64,000 nt of DNA from Octopus vulgaris (GCA_951406725.2 OX597820.1:31992001-32056000), one strand, 5' to 3'. Shown: positions 26,166 through 39,553, counted from the stretch's first letter. The notes: generated by a model not told the origin, from the sequence alone. Numbers and translations: made by a program.

Positions 26166-26352
26166 AAGTAGTAGTAGTAGTAGTAAAAGAGGAAGAAGAT
26201 GGAGAAGGAGGATGAGAAGAAGAAGAAGGAGGAGGAGGAGGAGGAGGAGGAGGAAGAAGAAGAAGAAGAAGAAGAAGAAGAAGAAGAAGAAGAAGAAGAA
26301 GAAGAAGAAGAAGAAGAAGAAGCAGCAGCAGCAGTAGTAGCAGCAGCAGCAG
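25715..26352. repeat. Compound trinucleotide repeat (TAG/AAG/AAC/GGA/CAG) with a repeated cassette
   Basis: An AAAAGAAGAAGAACAACAACAAGAAAAAAT-like cassette recurs near 25807, 25952 and 26068 between (AGT)n runs. Confidence 0.9.
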
Positions 26353-27149
26353 TGGTTATAATAGAAAGGCAAATGTAAATCTTATATAAAGAACGATCTA
26401 GAAGGCAGACGACAAAACATTTTATTCAATGCCTTATCAATGGATTTACGTATTTCGTTCTGCTCTATTACGTCTTTTATTTACTTTATTCTGAAAGTTA
26501 TTATTTATTATATTTAGTTTTTTTCTAAGAAAATGTTAGAAAAGACACCTTTCTTTAATATTCGTCTATTATATATATATATATATTTATATATTTATAT
26601 ATTTATTTTCGTTTCTTTTTGCTGAAATATCTCTCTTAACATTACTTATCATTTTTTTTTACACAATCTCTCTTTTCAATCATAGTTTTTTTTTTTTGTT
26701 GGCCTTTCTCTTTCTCTCACTCTGTCTCTCTCTGTCTCGCTCTCTTTCTCTTTCCACTTCTTGCCTCTCTTCTATTTTTTTTAGACCCTTTCTTTTTTTA
26801 TTTATTCATTCGTGGCTGTGTAGTTAAGAAGCTACAAAACAACGTTGTGTCGTGTTGAGTACCAAGGCTTAAAATAAGCCCTGATGTCAATATGAGCGAT
26901 TAAAGTCTGCATGTCGTTGCTACAGGATGGCCCAAGACTATTGACTGAAAACAGTAAAAGAGTAGAAGAATAATGGAAGTATATTCCAACTACATGGTAC
27001 CGAGTTCTATCCGACTGCTTGACACCATGGGAAAGTGTCTTTTACTATAACTGCAGGCTGACCAAATACTTGTTAGTGAATTTGGTTAACAGAAACTGAA
27101 AGAAACCAGTTGTGTGTGTGTGTGTGCGTATGTGTGTAAATATATATAC

Positions 27150-27219
<70 letters not shown>

Positions 27220-27634
27220 CTTCCCCACGACCGCTTGACAAATGTCTAAGTATTTTAGCGGTTCGACATTAGTGGTCAATAAAATAAATACCAAATTCAC
27301 TAACTAGACGGTAACTGAAAGAAGCCTCTCGTACACACACACATGTATATATGTATGTGCGTGTGTGCGTTTGTCTCCCAATCATCGCTTGACAACCGAT
27401 GCCGGTGTGTTTACGTCTCTGTAACTTAGCAGTTCGGCAAAATAGACCGATAGAATAAGTTCTTGGGCTGATTCTTCGACTAACAGCGCTTTGGCGCGGT
27501 GCTCCATCATGGTCGAAGACCAATGACTGAAACAGGTAAAAGAAATACATTTCCCAAAATGTATGTATGTATGTATGTATGTATGTATGTATGTATGTAT
27601 GTATGTATGTATGTATGTATGCATGTATGTGTGT

Positions 27635-27679
<45 letters not shown>

Positions 27680-27926
27680 TTTACAGTTATGAAACGCGTA
27701 CAATACTCATTTATTTTTAACAAAAAATTATAAGTCACGACGAAAGTTTTTAATAAAGTATGATAAATGTATTGTTATGATTAATGACAATGAAAATTTA
27801 AAAAATGAATCTACCTAATCTAATGTGTTAATAATTTAATTAAGTATTATAACATTCATGTGACACTATATACCTATTTTTGAACCCCGCCTATACATAC
27901 ACACACACAGACAAACACAGACAAAC

Positions 27927-27959
<33 letters not shown>

Positions 27960-28319
27960 TAGACACACATATACATGCATAAATGTATATACATGTATAT
28001 ACATATATATATTTGGGCATACGAGGTTGGATTTCTTAAGCGCCGGTGTGGCAAGAAGCTTGCTTTCCACCCACGTTGTTCCGGGTTCGGTCCCACTGTG
28101 TGGCACATTCGGCTTGTATCTTCTATGGCCTCGGCCCAACCAAAACCTCGTGAGTGGATTTGGTAGACGGAAGCTGAAAGAAGTCTGGATGTCGTTGCGA
28201 GGATGATCCGGTTCTTGACTGAAGATTAGAGGCTTCGAATGACCCGTCCGTTTTTTGTGTCGTCTATTTGAATGTTTTGCGTTCTTGTCCCATTTTGTAT
28301 TGTTTTATATATATTTTTT

Positions 28320-28406
<87 letters not shown>

Positions 28407-28875
28407 AAGTATATCTATGTGTGTGTGTGTATTTATGTGCCTGTGTCTGTCTCCCCGCCATCGCTTAGCAACCGATGCTGGTATGCTTCTGCCCTCGTAA
28501 TCTAGTGGTTCAGCAAAAGAGGACCGATAAAATAATAAGTACTAGATTTGCAAAAAATGAATCCCAGGGTCGTTTTCTTCGACTAAAACACTTCCAGGCT
28601 GTGCTCCAGCATAGCCGCAGTGAAATGACTGAAACAAGGAAAAGCGTAATAGGATATACATATATATGCATTTAATATATAAAAAGGAAAGGAAAATGGA
28701 GATTTACATTTGACATATTTTAAATATAATTTATTAACATAATATTATATTACAAGAAATATAATATAATATGAGTATTTACTGAAAAACCAGTGAAAAA
28801 TTGGATGTTTTTCCATCCTTTTAAAGGAAATTCTTTTTCCTCGTATTGAACTTATTTTATATATGTACCCATATG

Positions 28876-28946
<71 letters not shown>

Positions 28947-28953
28947 ATATATC

Positions 28954-29800
28954 CAGGGTGCGGTGAATAAATAGTCGAAATAAACGAAATTGTCGAAAAT
29001 AAACTAAAATAACACTGTCATCTCATTTTAACATATTTATATTTACCAAAATAACATAAAAATATCTTGAAATACTAAGGAGTAAATTTATTCAATAAAA
29101 TTGCCATGGGCTTCAACCACGGCCTCCAAACTTCGGGAATCTCCTACAATTCTTTTAAACGGTCTCCTTGTTTAATTTGATGAATGCTGTCATAATCCTT
29201 GCCTTAAGTTCACCTCTGGTATTACAATGAGTTTTGTTGGTCTCTCGCTCAACTGCGCCCCACACGTAATAATCAAGGGGGGTTACAGTGCGGCAGCTAG
29301 ATGTTAGTGGTGATGTGGTTGCATAAATTGTCTGACAGCAATGACTAGGTTCTCCTGCTTGTGTGGCATAGTGTAGAGCCCTGTTGCCAAACATAGGGTC
29401 TTCCAGCAGCCACCCTCTTGACACAGGACAGCACTACCTCCTCCAGGCACTTGATGTAGGCCTCCGTGTTGAGTCTGAGGCCGTGTTGGAAAATGAATGT
29501 AGGTATGACGATCAGAACGATCAGAGTGAGGTTTTCGAGCTGCCGTACCTTTGTAATCACCATTAGACTCACCCAACTCTTTCCGAATCCTCTGCACTGT
29601 CCTTGGATTGACACACAAACACTCCAAAATGTTCGTATTGGAGCTTCTGGCGCGGATGGCAAGAAGTACAACATGTCGTTTCCAACTTTCTGAAAGAGTG
29701 AATTGCATCATGGTGATGTTTTTCTCACAGACGGTGTCCAACTGACCCTACTATACTGTGTAGTCGACAAAATCAAAACCAAATAATGCGCATGCGCCAC
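28954..29800 (-). mobile_element. Tc1/mariner superfamily remnant, probably maT (DD37D)
   Basis: Minus-strand pieces PRTVQRIRKEL, LRLNTEAYIKCLEEVV...YVWQQGSTLCHTSRRT and PLDYYVWGAVERETNK, plus TIR-like CAGGGTGCGG at 28954. Confidence 0.8.
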
Positions 29801-29970
29801 GACTGCAGTCATGCCGGAGCACCGCCTTTAGTCGAAGAATTCGATCCCAGAACTTAATCTTTGTAAGCCTAATACTTATTCTATCGTTCTCTTTTGCCGA
29901 ATCACTAGTTTTCGGGGACATAAACACACCAACATATTTATGTCCATATACCGATGCTTGTATATGCATA

Positions 29971-30126
29971 GTGGCTGTGTGGTAAGTAGCTTGCTTACGC
30001 ACTACATGGTTTCGGGTTCAGTTCCACAGTGTGGAACCTTGGGCAAATGCCTTCTACTATAGCCTTGAGCCGACCAAAGCCTTGTGAGTGGATTTGGTAG
30101 ACGGAACCTGAAAGATGCCCGCCGTA

Positions 30127-30212
<86 letters not shown>

Positions 30213-30425
30213 ATATGTTTCTGTGTCTGTGTTTGTCCCCCAACATCGCTTGACAACCGATGCTGGTGCGTTTACGTCCCCGTAACTTAGCGGTTCGGCA
30301 AAAAGAAAACCGATAGAATAAGTACTAGGCTTACAAAGAATAAGTTCTGGGGTCGATTTGCTCGACTAAAGGCGCTGTTCCAGGATGGCCACAGCCGAAT
30401 GCCTAAAACAAGTAAAAGAGTAAAG
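29971..30425 (+). mobile_element. SINE family B
   Basis: GTGGCTGTGTGGTAAGTAGCTTGC head through the AAACAAGTAAAAGAG tail. Confidence 0.85.
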
Positions 30426-30689
30426 AGTATCTATGTAGGTACATATGTGTGAGTGTGTGTAACAATGTGTGTATATATCCATATGTATGTAAGTAATTTT
30501 TAAAACCTTTTTCCTGCTAATCTTTTTCGTTGCGTTAAATAAGACCCCCAAAATTAAAGCAGACTAAAAAAAAATGTAAAAATAGACTGAAACTAAATAA
30601 ACTATAAACAAATAACAAAGGAGAAAAAACGAGCAAATGAAATAAAACGGTTAGCAGAAAAACTAGGTCAGACAAGGCGGCTTCGGTGA

Positions 30690-30774
30690 CACATGACGTC
30701 ATTAAGCGAATATATATATAATAGTTGCTGAGGAAACCCGTATGGAGTTCCCGTCAGTAGGATGACGTCATGTG
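30690..30774. promoter_or_regulatory. Paired full CRE palindromes
   Basis: ATGACGTCAT at 30693-30702 and 30762-30771. Confidence 0.35.
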
Positions 30775-31035
30775 CTTACATCAGAGCTTTAGTATTTCGT
30801 TCTATATATAGCTCTTCATTTCCCCCCTCGTCCTCTCTTTGTTTGTATGCTTATAGCGACGGGGAAATACGTTGGGCATAGAATAGCTATTTTACGAAAG
30901 GAATTTGTGACATGGTTCACTGTGCTGAATAGATATTTATTTTTAAATATGTGCGTGGGTGTAGGCATGTACGCAAACATGTGGACACATGCACACACAG
31001 ACACACACACATACACACACGTACACACACACACA

Positions 31036-31073
<38 letters not shown>

Positions 31074-31492
31074 CATGTACACGTATATACATTCACAACT
31101 TTCTATTATATACTTAAGGCATTCATTATATCATGTCTATTTATCAGGCTAGTTAGTTAGTTATCTTTTTCTCCCTCTGTATGTATGTATGTATATATAT
31201 ATATATATAGGTGCATATATATGATATTTTATATAATATACATATATGTATATACATGTTTAATATACATCTGTTTGAAGAAGGGGAATTTTCCTTGTTT
31301 TGTATGTCCTGTACTCTATTTTTTCGTTGTTTTAATAAAATGTCCATTTCCTTGGTTTTGTGTTTATGTTTTCGTTTCTCATTGTGTTCGACGGTTTTTT
31401 GGTGTCCTGTACCCATATATGCATGTATATATACATGTAGAGGTAGGTACGTACATATATGTATGTATATATGCATATATTTTATTAATTTA

Positions 31493-31637
<145 letters not shown>

Positions 31638-31748
31638 CGCGTGATATGTATATATATATATATATAGGTGAGAAAGTTGAACATATCACGCGCACACAGA
31701 GACACACACACACACAAACAAACACTCACATACACACAAATACTTGCA

Positions 31749-31785
<37 letters not shown>

Positions 31786-32739
31786 GTTTGTCTGTCTATC
31801 TATCTATCTATTTATCTATCTCTCTATACATGCAAACATATATTCATATATACACGTACTTACGTGCGTACCAACCTACCTACCTACCTACGTTCCTACC
31901 TACACACCTACCTACCTCCCTACATAATACATACATTCATACATGCATTCATGCATGCATATATATATATGTATATATATACATACAAACATACATACAC
32001 ACATACACACATACATACATACATACATACATACATACATACATACATACATACATACATACATACATACGTACGTACATACATACATACATACATACAT
32101 ACATACATACATACTTACATACACATGCTCATACACGCTTACATATAGTTGTCAGAAACAACTGCATGTTTATACAGAGAAGAGAACTATATACCGTCAC
32201 AGATGTCGGATGTTCAGATGATGAGAAAACCTCTCTGAAAATGTTAACAAAAGGGGACAACGGCGGCCAGCTACTTCAAAACCTCTTGTTTTTACATTCA
32301 GATTATAAAATCACATCCATACCAATAATAATTGTTGCTCATTATATTATGAGTAAATACTTTAGGGACGATGAGCATAAACTGCGGTTTCAGAAAAAAA
32401 ATTAAATAAAAAAGAAAAGAAGAAAAACCCCAGTTAACGCGCAGATGTAAGCCTGTAAGCGGAACAGTAAAAATATGTGAGACTTTCCTAAATGTTCAAC
32501 ATGTGATACTGATTTTGTTATTTACATTCCAATGATAGAGCTTTGCATCTTTGCTTGAAACCAGCTCCTTCCTTACAGCAAAAATTCAACCAATCAAAAT
32601 AGAAGAGAAAATACGTATATATATATATATATATATATCTAGGGGGAAGCTTTATGAAAATAAACAAAAGACGAAGGCAGGTGGAATACAAACAAACAAT
32701 TGTATTAGTATGGCGCTCAGGAATATAAATAAAACAAGT

Positions 32740-32774
32740 CTTTTACGTTTCGAGCTACGCTCTTCAACAGAAAG
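32740..32774 (-). ncRNA. Minimal type I hammerhead-like motif in a Penelope-like repeat
   Basis: Minus strand reads CTTT-CTGTTGA-A-GAGC-GTA-GCTC-GAAAC-GTA-AAAG, one core mismatch from CUGANGA. Confidence 0.5.
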
Positions 32775-33112
32775 ATACACAGAAAAGAAACACGGAAAGA
32801 AACAAGGAGAGAAAAAAAATGCGTGCAGAAGCTAGCGAATCAACATGGCGATCTGATATACACACACACAGGCACAACATTCACACACGCGCACGCTCAC
32901 ACACATGTTGAACGAACGAGGGAGATATCAGATGGTAGAAAGATGTGTAAAGGGTTTAGATTCCGCCGGGATTGTTGAAATACATAACGATCACTAAATA
33001 ATGAGATTGAAAAAGCTACCGTTCATGTATTACCTCTTATCCTTTTTCAGAAATAGGGCATTCCGCCAGCACTCATATACCATCGCGCGCGCGTGTATAT
33101 ATATATACATAT

Positions 33113-33238
33113 ATCAGCCGAAATTGCGAGGATGATCCGGTTCTTGACTGAAGGTTGAAGGCTTCGAATGTCCCGTCCGTGTTTTTTGTATCGTCTTCTA
33201 AATGTTTTGCGTTCTTGTCCCAGTTTGTATTTTTTTAC

Positions 33239-33301
<63 letters not shown>

Positions 33302-33640
33302 AAGGTATGTAGAAAAATACAACATGGACAAGAACGTATAACTCTTAGAAGACGACACAATAAACACGGACAGGACATTCGAAACCCTCAGTCTTCAGTC
33401 AAGAACCGGATCATCGTAGTAATTTCGGCTGATTAATCTTGAGATTACTAGATCACGGCCAGCCCTCCAAGAAAAACCAAGCAACGAGCATTAGAAAAAC
33501 TAAGCTGGAAGCGTAGATTTCCTGGAAGAAGGATCGAATGCATACGAACACCAGGACAGCAAAAGGGACAGATATAAAAAAACAAAAAACAATAATGGAA
33601 TACAGAAACATGAAATACAGAAGCATTAACGGTATATACA
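33113..33640. mobile_element. Inverted pair of family D repeats around a (TA)n run
   Basis: 33113-33241 is the diverged reverse complement of 33307-33433. Confidence 0.8.
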
Positions 33641-33953
33641 CATATGTATATATAAGTAAAGGTTATTTGCCAACCTAATGTGTCAGTCCCGGTTTGGACG
33701 AATGCTACTGTTGTTTCGCTCCAGGAGACATCATCTCTAGCTGGCTATACGACACACAAACTGTGTCTTATATTTTAGAACAGGGGAGATAAGCAACCCC
33801 ACCCGGCTCAAAGCAGTGTCTGTGGACTGCAGGGTTTCAGGGTTATTTTTCGTTCATGGGAGCAGAATAACTCTTTGGCTGAGATAGCGCTGCTAAAACC
33901 TCGTTCAAAAATATATATAATTTTCTAAGTGACACATATATGTAGTATATATA

Positions 33954-34163
33954 CGAAGGGGTGCTGAAAAGTTCCTGGTTTTGGGTAATAGAAAATACAG
34001 GGGGAGCAGTTAATTACGATTTAGTTCAACATAGTCCCTTCTCAGATTCACATACTTCGGTCCTTCAGTTTTTCTAAGCTCTGTAAAAGAACTCGGAATG
34101 CTGGGCCTCCAACCAGGCCTTTCATGATACTCTTAAAGCCAAGACCTTTTCAGCAACCCCTCG
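33954..34163. mobile_element. Mariner-derived MITE
   Basis: TA|CGAAGGGGTGCTGAAAAGTTCCTGG...CCAAGACCTTTTCAGCAACCCCTCG|TA. Confidence 0.8.
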
Positions 34164-34336
34164 TATATTATATATATCATATACAAACCCGGATATATAT
34201 ATATATGTACATACATACGTATTTACATTCACACATATACACACACATACATACATACAAACAGACAGACACATGCATACATACACATACTCGCATCTCT
34301 TTCTTTCTTTCTCTCTCTCTATGTTTATATATATAT

Positions 34337-34580
34337 GGAGGCGCAATGGCCCAGTGGTTAGGGCAACGGACTCGCGGTTTCGATTCCCAGCCCGGGCGTT
34401 GTGTGTGTTTATGGTGGAGACTCCTGTTGTACTCTTTCGCCCCAACTTTCACTCTTTCTTTCTGTTTCTTGGGTAACGCTACGATGGACTGGCATCCCGT
34501 CCAGCTGTGGGGAACACATACGCCACAGAAACCAGGAAACCGGGCCCATGAGCCTGGTTAGGCTTGAAAGGGAGCAAAAA
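34337..34580 (+). mobile_element. tRNA-derived SINE (family C-related)
   Basis: GGAGGCGCAATGGCCCAGTGGTTAGG A-box, GGTTTCGATTCC B-box and GATGGACTGGCATCCCGTCCAG body. Related copies at about 25160, 56900 (minus), 57190 and 61054. Confidence 0.75.
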
Positions 34581-35220
34581 TAAATAAATTGAGTGTGTAT
34601 ATATATATATATATATATACGCATACATATATACAGAACGAGAGAGAGAGAGAGGGAGAGAGAGAGAGAGAGAGGAAAAATCATATTTTTTTCTGTGGAA
34701 GATGTCTTCCACAGGAATGTGAAATAATCTACATTTTCGGCTGCATTTGGGGGCTCCAAAGGTTTCGCTGTCGCTTTTATTGGGACTGTATGGAATGTTG
34801 TCAGGCCGGGAGTGTTCTCTGGGGATGTCAGTGAATGTATATGTATTTAGAAAATTGCAATCAAATGGTCGTTTATAGTTAAAGATTTTAAAGACGGAGC
34901 AGGTGTATTAGGTGTATTGAATTCCTCGTTTCATTACAACATGCCTAGTGCGTTTCAGCCTTCATCTCTTCGAGGAAAACTTGATAAGTTTATAAATTGT
35001 GCGCGAATGTGCGATTTAAAGAGAAGGACGACAGTAGAAAAAAATACAAAGCAAAAAGAACGGACGACAGAAAGAAAGCTTGGAGATTGAGACGGGACAA
35101 TAAAGTATGTTCACAATAAAGTATGTGAACGAAGGAATGTGAACGAAAAATGACTATACCAAGGATTTGAAAAGAAAAGAGGGAAAAAGACGTGACAACG
35201 TACGAGCTATATGTAGGTAG

Positions 35221-35344
<124 letters not shown>

Positions 35345-35495
35345 GGTGTTCCAGACAGGAAATTAGAAAACATGAGAAGTAAAAGGCAGGAGTGAACTGA
35401 TACGGAAATCATGAACAGATGAGGTGGGCTGGGCGAAGGGGGCAGAAAAGTGGCAAGAAAGATAATTAGGTGAAGGGCGAAAAAGAGAATATTAT

Positions 35496-35543
<48 letters not shown>

Positions 35544-36324
35544 ACCATACATACATATACATATATAGACGTACACACACACTCGCGCGCATTTTGAGTC
35601 TTTCTGAAGTCAATTTTGGCCTGTTTACCTTTCAGGTGTAAAAACAAAAGGTTCTGATTCGAAGCGATAGATTTGTGGAATTGGCTAACGGTATTTTATC
35701 CGCCATTTTGCCCTCTGTCAACAACGCTTCTGATGATGGTGTTGCGAAGCTGTTTCGCTTCGGTCATGGATAAATGACGTGAGAGAGAATATTCAAATGC
35801 GTTGGCAACTGTCAGTCTTCTTCCGGAAACCTTACCCAGTGCTGTAGCATTCACGATCGCTTGATAGTCGGTTCGATTACCAGATCGGGCGGGCGGCGCG
35901 TTGTGCTTGACAACAGATGGTGGTGTGTTTAGGTCCCAGTAACTTAGCGGTTTGGCAAAACAGACCGATAGAATATATACTAGACTTACAAAGAACAAGT
36001 CCCGGGGTCGATTTGCTCGACTAAAAGCGGTGCTCCAGCATGGCCACAGTCAAATGACTGAAACAAGTAAAAGAGAAAGAGAAGGAGAGATATATACATA
36101 AAGTTTTTTCTTCTGACTTGACGTTCTGAGTTCAAATACCGCTAAGGTCGACTTAGCCTTTCATCTTTTCGGGGTCGATAAAATAGGTACCAGTTGAGTG
36201 TACTGGGATGGATGTAATCGAATTATCCATTTCCCCAGAACTGCTGGCCTTTTGCCAAAATTTTTTAAACACACACACACGCACACACACACATGTATGT
36301 ATGTATGTATGCATGTATGTGTGA

Positions 36325-36380
<56 letters not shown>

Positions 36381-36384
36381 AAAT

Positions 36385-37110
36385 AAAAAATGGGACAAGA
36401 ACGCAAAACATTCAAATAGACGATATTCAAAGAACACGGACGGGTCATTCGAAGCCTCTAATCTTCAGTCAAGAACCGGATCATCCTCGCAATTTCGGCT
36501 GATTAATCTTGAGATTGCTCCGATCTGGCCAGCCTCAAGGAGAAACTAAGCTACGAGCATTAGATTTCTTGGAAAAGGATCGAATGTATACGAAACAAGG
36601 ACAAAAAAACGGACGATGTTACACGAATATAAATACAAAAAACAAAAAATGATACGAATATAAATACAAAAAGCAATAATAATAATAACAGGACAAAACA
36701 ACAGGCGTCTTTCGACTTTAGACGAGTGAACTTAGCGGGCGTATTTGAAAAATAATGCCTTACGGCAGACGAAGAATGCGATGTTGTCGTGGCTCTGGTC
36801 CGAAGCGGAACGGCTATAGTTGGTCAGCGGTCACGTGAGAAGAGAAGAGAGAGAAGAAAAGGAATTAAAGATAGGGAGAAGAGAAAGAAAAAGAGGAACA
36901 AGGGAATTAAGGAGGGGGGAAGAAGAAAGAGAGCGTGCCAAGGATTGGCGGGCAAAAAGAAAGACAGGGTCAGTGAAGTGCAAAGTAAGAAAGGCAGAGA
37001 AATGTGAAAGAGTGGGGAAAGAGGAGACCGAAGAATCAAGGAGGCGAGAAAAGAGCAAGACAGAGACAGTGAAGTACAAAGTAAGAAAGACAAAGAAAGT
37101 TTGTGTAGAA
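36385..37110 (-). mobile_element. Long copy of repeat family D
   Basis: Reverse complement of the 8320-8752 block, extended by a purine-rich segment containing GGTCACGTG. Collinear with 41975-42680. Confidence 0.7.
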
Positions 37111-37265
37111 GTTGTATATATATATATATCTTTCCTTGTTTGGACTTTACAGTTCTCCTGTCTGACAAAGGTTTATGCTCAAAACGTTAAAAACCCACTA
37201 ACCTTTTCTGCCTTTACCGAGCGTCAAACCAATGTATTCCATGTTTACGTCCTCTTGTTGTCTTG

Positions 37266-38450
37266 TTACCTCAACCCTAGCGAAGGCGGAGGTATTGTTT
37301 TCAGTCGTCTTTGTTTGTTTGCCCTTGGACTAGATATCTCAAGAACCGCTGAATGGATTCGGATGAAACTTTCGGGGGTGTTTGGCCTCATGACTGGCAC
37401 GAACTGATTAGATTTTGGGCTCGATCCGGTACTGGAGAAGGATTCTGGATTATTTTTTATATTTACTTTACTTTACGTGAAGTATTACGATCTTACATTC
37501 TTTCAAGTCTTTCTCTGATTATCTCCCTTGAAAGCAAGCTCATGGTTTCCATTTAAGCTATGGTGGTGTTCCTCTTTCCAGAGTTTTGTTTTCGTTTCTC
37601 TATTATTAATTTTACTCACGTAAAACTACATAAACAAACTACATAAACAAACGGCAGCAAAACCGTTCGGAAATTAAATAACCATAACATATTCAGTAAC
37701 AATAATAAATTCAAGTTATTCTCGACAATTTTTAGTTTTACCAATTTTGAATATATTGCTCCTGTTTAAAATCTCATACCTACTTGACAATTGCATTTCT
37801 ACCTCTGCCTTGGAGGATGCTTTGCTTCTTGGACTAACGTTTTTGTGCGCAACGGTGTTGTTAAACCTCCGTTAAACAACACCCTATGCAGTTCCTTCAG
37901 TTTTCTTTTACGCACTGATAAATTTTTCACTACAGACCTCAATGGTTGTATAGACGCTATATCAGTGGATGGACTAAGAAGTGCCTTCATAGAGAAAACT
38001 GTCCATGTTCCCCACAGAAGAAGACACACACACAGCATTTCAAACACGGCCCGCACACTCACACTTTCACATTCCATGACTACCATTGAGACCGATCAGG
38101 TACCGAACAAGGATTCTGGATTATTTTTCCGTTTTTTTTAAAAATTAATTTTTGAAAGCAGTCGGGTTCACTTTTAGTATTCTCGTTTGTGAGAGCACAC
38201 AGCATTTCAAACGCGACCCGCACACCCACCTTCACATTCCATGACTACCATTGGGACTGATCAGGTACCGAACAAGGATTCTGGATTATTTTTCCCGTTT
38301 TTCTTTTACTTAATTTTTGAGAGCAGTCACTTTTAGTATTCTCGTTTGTGAGAGCAGTTGAGCTTATTTCAGATAGTCTCATTTTAAAAATCATATCCGG
38401 GTAATCGTTGAGAGGACGTTAGTATTGCCTTGGCGGAGGTTTGCGTTCTT
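37266..38450 (+). mobile_element. Helentron-associated / DINE-1-like non-autonomous element (HINE)
   Basis: 5' TTACCTC...GGCGGAGGT stem followed by GTTT repeats, 3' CCTTGGCGGAGGTTTGCG subterminal repeat, and internal tandem units with GGATTCTGGATTATTTTT near 37440, 38111 and 38276. Confidence 0.65.
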
Positions 38451-38504
38451 GTCATTGCTATTTTTAATGTTCGAGTGTTAATGTTCAACTTTTAATATTC
38501 GTTT

Positions 38505-38534
<30 letters not shown>

Positions 38535-38535
<1 letters not shown>

Positions 38536-39086
38536 CACTTTGATCACTTTGACCGACCAGTCCGTCAGGCATCCATTTGACACCGCTGGTCACAGCACGC
38601 TGTCCACTCCTCTCTGGATCGCGCCTTTCTCATCCACGGGATCCCAATCGTCCTCTTGAAATCGTCACTCCACCGTCGTGGAGGTCTTCCGGGTGGTCTT
38701 TTCCGCTCACGCGGGTACCACTCGACAACTGCGTGCGTCCACCGATTATCGGTGAGCCGGGCGACGTGTCCAGCCCATCTATACTTGCTGTGAGTATACT
38801 CTGCGATGACATCTCTCACGCCGGATTTCTTTCTGATGATGTTGCTATTTATGTGCTCTCTCAACGAGATACCAAGCATTGACCTTTCCATGGCTCTTTG
38901 AGCCGTTATCAGTCTTTGCTCTTCTCTCTTTGTGGTAGCCCATGTTTCACTACCATATAACATTGCAGGCAGAACTGCACTGTTAATGAGGTTGGCATGG
39001 GTGGTCCTGTCCAACCTTCCCTTGAGCACATCCCTTATGCCATTGAACGCCTTCCATCCGGCCCTTACTCTCCGTGAGATCTCCTT
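38535..39086 (-). mobile_element. RTE-clade LINE 3' end (RT C-terminal region, uninterrupted frame)
   Basis: KEISRRVRAGWKAF...VLPAMLYGSETW...RWAGHVAR...GRPPRRW, followed by a short AAAGTGATC tandem tail. Confidence 0.92.
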
Positions 39087-39282
39087 CAGACCATGCTGAC
39101 GGAGCTCGACATCAAAAGTTCTGCAGTAGGTCTCAAGATGAACCGCATGAAAACAAAGTTCATGCGGTCAGACAACGTACCAACAGGTCGAATGGTGATC
39201 GGCAGTGATGAAATAGAGGAGGTGAGAGAATATGTCTACCTGGGACAGGAAGTAAATATGTGCCGGGATATCAAAAAGGAGA
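39084..39282 (+). mobile_element. Inverted 5' segment of the same RTE insertion
   Basis: LQTMLTELDIKSSAVGLKMNRMKTKFM...IEEVREYVYLGQEVNMCRDIKKE, the RT segment that normally directly precedes EISRR. Confidence 0.9.
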
Positions 39283-39291
39283 AAAGGATAG

Positions 39292-39350
<59 letters not shown>

Positions 39351-39362
39351 CGTGTGTATATA

Positions 39363-39492
39363 GGCGTAGGAATGGGTGTGTGGTAAGTAGCTTGCTTACG
39401 AACCACATGGTTCCGGGTTCAGTCCCTCGGGCCCACCAAGGCCTTGTGAGGGGATTTGACAGACGGAAACTGAAAGAAGCCCGTTATATATG

Positions 39493-39553
<61 letters not shown>

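Noticed and set aside
35696-35830. YY1-like CCGCCATTTT with half-CRE and ETS-like motifs (also AAAATGGCGGC near 22365)
   Set aside because: Isolated short motifs next to or within decayed repeats; chance cannot be excluded.
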